Assembly: GCA_002633005.1 (NCBI GenBank)
Contig: NMRA01000365.1
Coordinates: 137,771-194,410 of the forward strand
Reading direction: 5' to 3'
DNA length: 56,640 nucleotides
Source: Phoronis australis
Lineage: Eukaryota; Animalia; Phoronida
The position numbers were made by a program, and so were the translations under genes. Of this stretch, positions 50,075-56,640 are shown one piece after another. The number at the start of each line of letters is the position of its first letter. The first letter of the stretch is position 1. The notes under the pieces were generated by a model. It did no database searches. It worked only from the letters and a program-made list of their open reading frames with translations, and was not told the DNA's origin.

Positions 50075-50693
50075 GTATTCCAAGCTGGGATATATGTAAG
50101 TAAGACAAAGAAATAAATATCTCTCTGCCTGTTGTATGTACACATGTATCAATGGCTTGGCTCCAGCATATCTCAGCAGTAAAGTCGATAGCAGTCAGGC
50201 TGTATATTCTACACGTTCTTCTGTTGCTGGCAATGTTTCTTCTAAAAAAATTAAAACCGAGACGGGCAAGAGATCTTTTATCTATGCAGCTGCTATAATA
50301 TGGAATTCTCTTAGCCCAGAAATTAAACGGTCCAAGTCATTTACTACCTTTAAAGTAAGTATTAAAAAGTGACTGTAATTTACCTAACCTTTTATACCCT
50401 GCTTGTCTTAATCATGTCATTTTTTCATTGTCGTAAATACTCTCACTGTCTAGAGTCATCTCTTAATTTATTTCATCTGTCTTAGTTAAATTTTTACCAC
50501 TATTCGTCATTTAGTTATTGTCTTAATTCTCAACCTGTTTTAATTGTATCTTTGTTACATATATTTCATTTTTGTTTTAATACTTCAGGGTATTATATTA
50601 CTGTTTTTCTTGTTGAGGGCCCTCTTGGAAAGCAGTGCTATCACTGAAGAGGCCACCCTCATTTTAAATATCACAATAATATATAAATAAATA
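50075..50693 (+). mobile_element. 3' end of an L2/CR1-group LINE
   Basis: MYTCINGLAPAYL...YSTRS...GKRSFIYAAAIIWNSLS..IK...FK ORF2 C-terminus; T-rich 3' UTR, GAGGG..CTCTT/AAGAG..CCCTC stem-loop, AAATAA tail. Confidence 0.85.
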
Positions 50694-51460
50694 AGTTTGT
50701 CCATAAACAGATTTAGGACTGTCAAGGAGGCCCTCTTGAGCCGTCCTAGATCAGTCACTGTCAGTGTGATCAAGTCCTGACGACTGATCAATTGGTAAAA
50801 ACGAGAGAAGTTACTTACTAGGACAAGAACAATTGTTTAATTGTGATATGTGAAATCACTGCCTGGCAATATAATAGCTGATTACTCTTGGGTTCAGTAT
50901 TAGAGTGACTGTGATACTCAAAGGAAGGACCACCATACCCTGGAGTCACCTGCCAAAATTAGAAACCATTTTGTTTCCAGCTCAGTTTGATGAAAATGAA
51001 TATCTCCTTTTTTGGATGTGCTCTTTCAATCTAAGACTTTCTAGAATCTACAAGTGGAGTCTGTGGTTGTGATACGCAGCATTATTTTAGTCACATATGC
51101 GTCATAATCACCTAATTGTAAACCAGGTAACTTAAGACAAAATATGTCTACCAGCTCTCAAAGTTTCCATGCCACAACAAAAAAGGATTTCCATCTCCAT
51201 GTAGGTCCTTGAGTGCATTAGTAGGGGAAATGGCGTCAAAAAGCCACCAATTTCTCCCACTGTCATTCAATCGCTCCAATATTGGTGAACTTATCACAGG
51301 TGGTCTCTCTACTCTACTTGATGATAGAAAGCACCACCTAATGTAGCAAGGAAATATTAGATTGGATTGTTAAATTTGATTATTACTTGTTTCATTATTT
51401 TCATATCTAAAGGTAAGATTAGCAGGGAAATGCTTAAAGACTGTCAATGTGTGGTAAACG

Positions 51461-51757
51461 GCAGTACACTTTAAATGAATTATGCGTGGTACATGCCAGT
51501 ACACTTTAAATGAATAATGCATGGTACTTGCCAGTACAGTTTAAATGAATAACGCGTGGTACATGCCAGTACACTTTAAATGAATAATGCATGGTACATG
51601 CCAGTACACTTTAAATGAATAACGCGTGGTACATGCCAGTACACTTTAATTGAGTAATGAGTGGTATGTGCCAGTACACTTTAAATGAGTAATATGTGGT
51701 CCATGACAGTACACTTTAAATAAGTAATGCATGGTACATGCCAGTACACTTTAAATG
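51461..51757. repeat. 35-bp minisatellite (about 8.5 copies)
   Basis: GTGGTACATGCCAGTACACTTTAAATGAATAATGC. Confidence 0.93.
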
Positions 51758-51917
51758 CAATTCTTCTTAAAGCGGTTATAAACCTGCCTTCCGTCACTTA
51801 GATCACTTACCAGTATAAAATAAGAATAAAATAATTCCTCGGTCAGAGATGATTTCTAGTCTTGGAAGGAATTGACAGTTAGTCATAGATGGAGGTTTTG
51901 CAAGTTGGTTTGTCAAG

Positions 51918-53029
51918 CTGTGTCATTTTATGTGCCAAGCTTGGTGTCAAGTAATGAATAACTATCATATTATGTGCCAAGCTTGGTGTCAAGTAATGAA
52001 CAACTGTCATATTATGTGCCAAGCTTGGTGTCAAGTAATGAACAACTGTCATATTATGTGGCAAGCTTGGTGTCCAGTAATGAACAACTGTCATATTATG
52101 TGCCAAGCTTGGTGTTCAGTAATGAACAACTGTCATATATATTATGTGCCCAGCTTGGTGTCAACTAATGAATAACTGTCATATTATGTGGCAAGCTTGG
52201 TGTAAAGTAATGAACAACTGTCACTTTATGTGCCAAGCGTGGTGTCCAGTAATGAACAACTGTCATATTATGTGCCAAGCTTGGTGTCAAGTAATGAACA
52301 ACTGTCATATTATGTGCCAAGCTTGGTGTCAAGTAATGAACAACTGTCATATTATGTGGCAAGCTTGGTGTCCAGTAATGAACAACTGTCATATTATGTG
52401 CCAAGCTTGGTGTTCAGTAATGAACAACTGTCATATATATTATGTGCCCAGCTTGGTGTCAACTAATGAATAACTGTCATATTATGTGGCAAGCTTGGTG
52501 TAAAGTAATGAACAACTGTCACTTTATGTGCCAAGCGTGGTGTCCAGTAATGAACAACTGTCATATTATGTGCCAAGCTTGGTGTCAAGTAATGAACAAC
52601 TGTCATATTATGTGCCAAGCTTGGTGTCAAGTAATGAACAACTGTCATATTATGTGCCAAGCTTGATGTCAAGTAATGAACAACTGTTATATTATGTGGC
52701 AAGCTTGGTGTCCAGTAATGAACAACTGTCATATTATGTGCCAAGCTTGGTGTCAAGTAATGAGCAACTGTCATATTATGTGGCAAGCTTGGTGTCAAGT
52801 AATGAACAACTGTCATATTATGTGCCAAGCTTGGTGTCAAATAATGAACAACTGTCATATTATGTGTCAAGCTTGGTGTCCAGTAATGAACATTTGTCAT
52901 ATTATGTGCCCAGCTTGGTGTCAACTAATGAATAACTGTCATATTATGTGGCAAGCTTGGTGTAAAGTAATGAACAACTGTCACTTTATGTGCCAAGCGT
53001 GGTGTCCAGTAATGAACAACTGTCATATT
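51918..53029. repeat. 42-bp minisatellite (about 26 copies) with higher-order structure
   Basis: TATGTGCCAAGCTTGGTGTCAAGTAATGAACAACTGTCATAT. Confidence 0.96.
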
Positions 53030-53383
53030 TCCACACCCAGAACTTAGTTCTCATCTGAGTTAAGAACAAGTTCAGTTTTATTGCAGCAAGTGTTCTAAAT
53101 CAAACAGTAGTTTCTTTAACAGAACGTGGATTTATTGCCACTTTAAACTTATTACACAAATCTTAAATCTGTTTACACATCCACAAGTTATCTGTGATTT
53201 CATTGGCTGCTTACAAGCAGATAACCTTCCCATAATGCATTTGAAAAACAACTGCAGTACTGTTGATGGAACCCTTGAATTGTCACAGTTATCCAGACTA
53301 ATTTACGGTGTTTTTTTATCTTCATGTGCAACTTCAAAACCAATTCATGGTGTGTTTTTTAACTCTACATGATCTCTTTACAG

Positions 53384-53500
53384 ACTGGACGGTTTAATGG
53401 TCGTGAGGCCAGAGTGTGTGGTCACCGTGGTGCCATCATGGACATTAAGTGGAGCCCCTTCGATGACCACATCATCGCTTCCTGCTCAGAAGACTGCACA
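53384..53500 (+). CDS. CORO2: Coronin next coding exon (WD40 repeat); gene continues past the window end
   Basis: TTTACAG| acceptor; TGRFNGREARVCGHRGAIMDIKWSPFDDHIIASCSEDCT; |GTCAGT donor; 117 nt, phase 0 to 0. Confidence 0.95.
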
Positions 53501-54433
53501 GTCAGTGTTCCCTTACTCTTACTAAGGCAATAGTGTTTTTGTATCGGCTACAGTCACTTCAGGCCCGTAGCCAGGGGGGGTTCAGGGGGTTCAATTGAAC
53601 CCCCCGCGGAAAAGGTCCAGCCCTGACCTATCTGTTAAAGATGGAATATAGATGGACAACAACAACATAATTGTCGCAGTTACTGGTACTACTTACTACA
53701 ATGATAACTAAGTCACTAATAATTTTTAATTTAGTTCACGTAATTATCGGGCTGTACCCTGTCAACTTTGTCCGAATGGTGCTTGATGATGGGATCGTGT
53801 AGACGATTAGAGGAGGCTTTATGTTATTCATCGGCATTGAACGTGCATTTTGGCTACGACATAGGGTAACACGGGAGTCTAGACCTAAATGTCTATACCT
53901 AGATACGGGCGTGCAAGACCCCCATTTGGTGAAGTGGGCAAAAAGGTCCGTCTCAGACAAACAAAGAGTCGGAGAAAACGAGACAAAAAGTCCACTAAAA
54001 AGGCATAAACGCACAATTCACAGCTCCGAACGTCGTGCCCCGTTTTTTTATTTTTAGCCCTCCCGCTTTTTTGTTAGTAAAAGGTCCACATCGTCAGAAA
54101 TTCGAGCCCCCCATATTACAGGCTTGGTGCACTCATGTAGATAGGCTACATAGCAGCGAGAGAGCTCCCAAAAAGTAGTGCTCTGTGAACGTCTTAAAAT
54201 CGACCAAGAAACAAAATAGCAGAAAGTAGGTTTATCTGCTTGTTTGATAGTGGCAGAGTACGGTAAAGTGCAGGCATTTTCAAATTTCCACTTTGGTTGT
54301 GGATTGGTGGATCACATGCATACCGTGTACTCGTGTGTGCGTTTCCATTCTTTTAAATTCAGTGCATGCTGATGATAATTAAATTCACTATAGGCAGTCC
54401 TCCATTGTTGATCAAAAATCAGACATTTAACTA

Positions 54434-54575
54434 CATGGGCGGTGCACCATAGGGGGTTGGGGGGCTATAGTCCCCACTTTTTTCAGTGCTACACTGCCCA
54501 TGGTCTTTACCAGGGGGCGGTGCACCACGGGGGGGGGCTATAGCCCTCACTTTTTTCAGTGCTGCACCCCCCATG
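54434..54575. mobile_element. Small hAT-like MITE
   Basis: CATGGGCGGTGCA ... TGCACCCCCCATG; flanks AACTA/AGCTA; internal duplication. Confidence 0.65.
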
Positions 54576-54759
54576 AGCTACCGTATTTTGTTGCACTAAG
54601 AAAACCCCGACGAGCATGTTCATATTTTTGGAAAAAATAGGTCTAGAACTAATAAAAACTTTGGTCAATGAAGAAAGTCTTCTCTTGTCAATCAGTGCCG
54701 ATGGCGCACAGCCTCGCAGGCGTCATACGAGCAAAACACTTCATGGAGAAGATTTCCAA

Positions 54760-55635
54760 GGTTACATGTCACTATTCCGAAGGTTCATCACTCCGAAAGT
54801 CCATTACTACGAAGTTACTGCGAAGGTTCGCTACCTTCGAAAGTTCACTACTTCGAATGTCCACAATGCCGAAACCATAACTCCGACTGTTCATTACTAT
54901 GATTGTCTGCTAACGAGTCGGAACTGGCATGAGAAAAGTATTGTATTTGTGCCCATTTAGTAACTATTTAAAGGGTGTACAAAAGTTGAATAGTTCTTAA
55001 AACATTGATTACATTGTTTACGAATGAGCTCAGTTCCAATTCCTGCCAATCGTGAATCTTCAATCTAACTAACGACTCATTCAGTCTCAAACAGGGACAA
55101 CATCGGGTCATGACTTTAGTGACCAATAGCAGCGGTTTTAAATTTAAGAAGACTGAATGGGTCTCTCCAACTTCGTGATGACTGGCAGGGACAGGGTAAC
55201 CTACTAAAGTTCTATATTTAGTTTCGATCCGGCCATGCGCGTGGTTACTATGGGTGAGTTTGAGGGGCAGCAGCCCTAAACTAGCTCAGTCACGCTGTGA
55301 AATGATACGACCTTGCATGGATTTTGTGAATGTATCGTGGTTGATAATTCATCAAGATTCCTACTTCATAATATGTTTTTTAAAAATTGAAGTACGTACT
55401 CATTTTCCGTATTCGAGAGACATGCAGGCAATTGCGCATGTGCATGACATCCGGGCATTGTTTGAGCATAGGTACCCCATCTAGTGCATCGAAAACCGAA
55501 GTATCTTTTATTTTTGCAGATAAAAGGGGATATCTGATACACCCAATTCCGAAATTTTAGATCTTTTCGCAGTAATGAACCTTTGGAATAGTGAACCTTC
55601 GGAGTAGTGAACCTTAGGAATACCGGGCTGTTCCC
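54760..55635. mobile_element. MITE with inverted arrays of 17-bp subterminal repeats
   Basis: TCCGAAGGTTCATTAC-type repeats at the left end and GTAGTGAACCTTCGGA-type repeats at the right end. Confidence 0.7.
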
Positions 55636-56640
55636 ATTTCCAGCGATGCAAGCAAGTTAAGTAACACGCAAAATACAACCAGATCAAAATATTCAAGTCG
55701 ATCATGCTCCGATTAAATATTTCCGTCCGAGTATGTATTGAGGTGTAATCACTCATTTAAACATGCCCAGTTTGAAAGTTTGGCAGGGGGTAATGCGGAA
55801 ACATTCTCTTTCTGGCCCACATTACATCCGAATTAGGTCCCGTTCTTGTGAGTAATCGTCAGGGCATCGTCATTTCTGGTATTACGAGGCCATCTGATCT
55901 TGGGAACATAGAGCTGAGAGTCGTTGTGTAAAAAGATCCCCCCAGTTTAGCTGCGTCAAGGTCCTTACCAAAGACTCTACAGTGCCGACGTTTGTAAAAT
56001 ATCAAAGGTCCATCGTACTAGAAATTCAAACCACCCCCCGCACAATACTGGCTGTGGGGCTGCACTTACAGGGTCTCTGTTTTTGAGAACCAGTTTGATC
56101 ATGGCCGTTATTCAGTGAGAAAACTGGTTCTCTAAATTCAGGTCACTGATTATTGCATATCTGTCTTTGGGAAAGCCCCCCTGTTGGAGCCCAGTGTTGA
56201 TGAAGTAGTTAAAATATGACCGTGGTAATTTCCAGCTTGTATACGTTTCAGTAGCGAGGACAGCATTCTTCAGCGAATCGCGTCGCGTATCTGTCACCGT
56301 GTTAAATTCGCTCACTACAATCGGCAAAAAATAACTCAAAAATGTAATAAATGTGAATAAAAGTTATTGCAAAGTATGAAAGAATATATTGTTTTACTTA
56401 TCTGATAATCTTTTTTTGTCGCAAAATTCGTTTAATAATACTTTGCACGAGTTTTTTGCAGGGACGTGACCGATTTTTCAGACCAAAATGGATGCCGGTA
56501 AAAATGACTGCTATTTGGTTTTCAACCCAGGAGAAGACTAAACTCGCGAATTTTTACGTGAAACTTCGTGAAAGAACAAAAGGGAGTCTTGCGAACACGA
56601 TTATGTAAGTAGTTTTCACTTTCCTGCACTTAAAAGTTGA

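Larger units (their letters stand above)
53560..56062. mobile_element. Composite hAT-like element with 5-bp TSD and nested MITEs
   Basis: CAGGCCCGTAGCCAG ... CTGGCTGTGGGGCTG ends; CACTT on both flanks; repeated AAAGGTCC subterminal motif. Confidence 0.7.

Noticed and set aside
51879-53047. Cys/His-rich repeat ORFs as a metal-binding protein, or the array as CRISPR
   Set aside because: Head-to-tail 42-bp units with no unique spacers, no cas genes and an intronic eukaryotic context; the ORFs follow from a unit length divisible by 3.
56083-56135. Hairpin GAGAACCAGTTT/AAACTGGTTCTC as a pre-miRNA or terminator
   Set aside because: The 12-bp stem is too short for a pre-miRNA, and intrinsic terminators do not apply in this context.
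56459-56470. CAGGGACGTGAC, matching the hATw-like TIR
   Set aside because: Only an 11-bp match; no partner end or TSD visible in the window.

Overview
Eukaryotic, AT-rich, intron-rich animal DNA (probably an invertebrate bilaterian; the species cannot be determined), with one 420-N assembly gap (16247-16666). Two host genes point away from each other. On the minus strand is the 5' half of TDRKH/PAPI, a mitochondrial-anchored KH-KH-Tudor piRNA factor. Five coding exons (20092 to 412) splice in frame and encode the TM anchor and both KH domains; the Tudor domain lies outside the window. On the plus strand is the 5' part of a coronin-2-like gene (coding exons 48143-48340 and 53384-53500), with candidate upstream exons at about 21.4, 35.2, 40.8 and 46.0 kb. 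The introns are filled with transposons, several of them nested, and about ten minisatellites. The transposons include Tc2-like elements, hAT-type elements with apparent 5-, 7- and 8-bp (possibly also 6-bp) target duplications, two intron-containing transposase genes, a Gypsy pol relic, a Penelope-like element carrying hammerhead ribozymes, L1/Tx1 and L2-like LINE ends, a Kolobok-like element and MITEs. Most notable: a 29-bp minisatellite built from a TDRKH exon-intron junction, giving an array of 5' splice sites; a hammerhead ribozyme in sense orientation in the TDRKH pre-mRNA; two alternative 5-residue coronin N-terminal exons; and a spliced hATw-like transposase broken in its visible part by a single homopolymer frameshift. 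No CRISPR array or prokaryotic system is supported. All family assignments are from manual motif recognition, not database searches.
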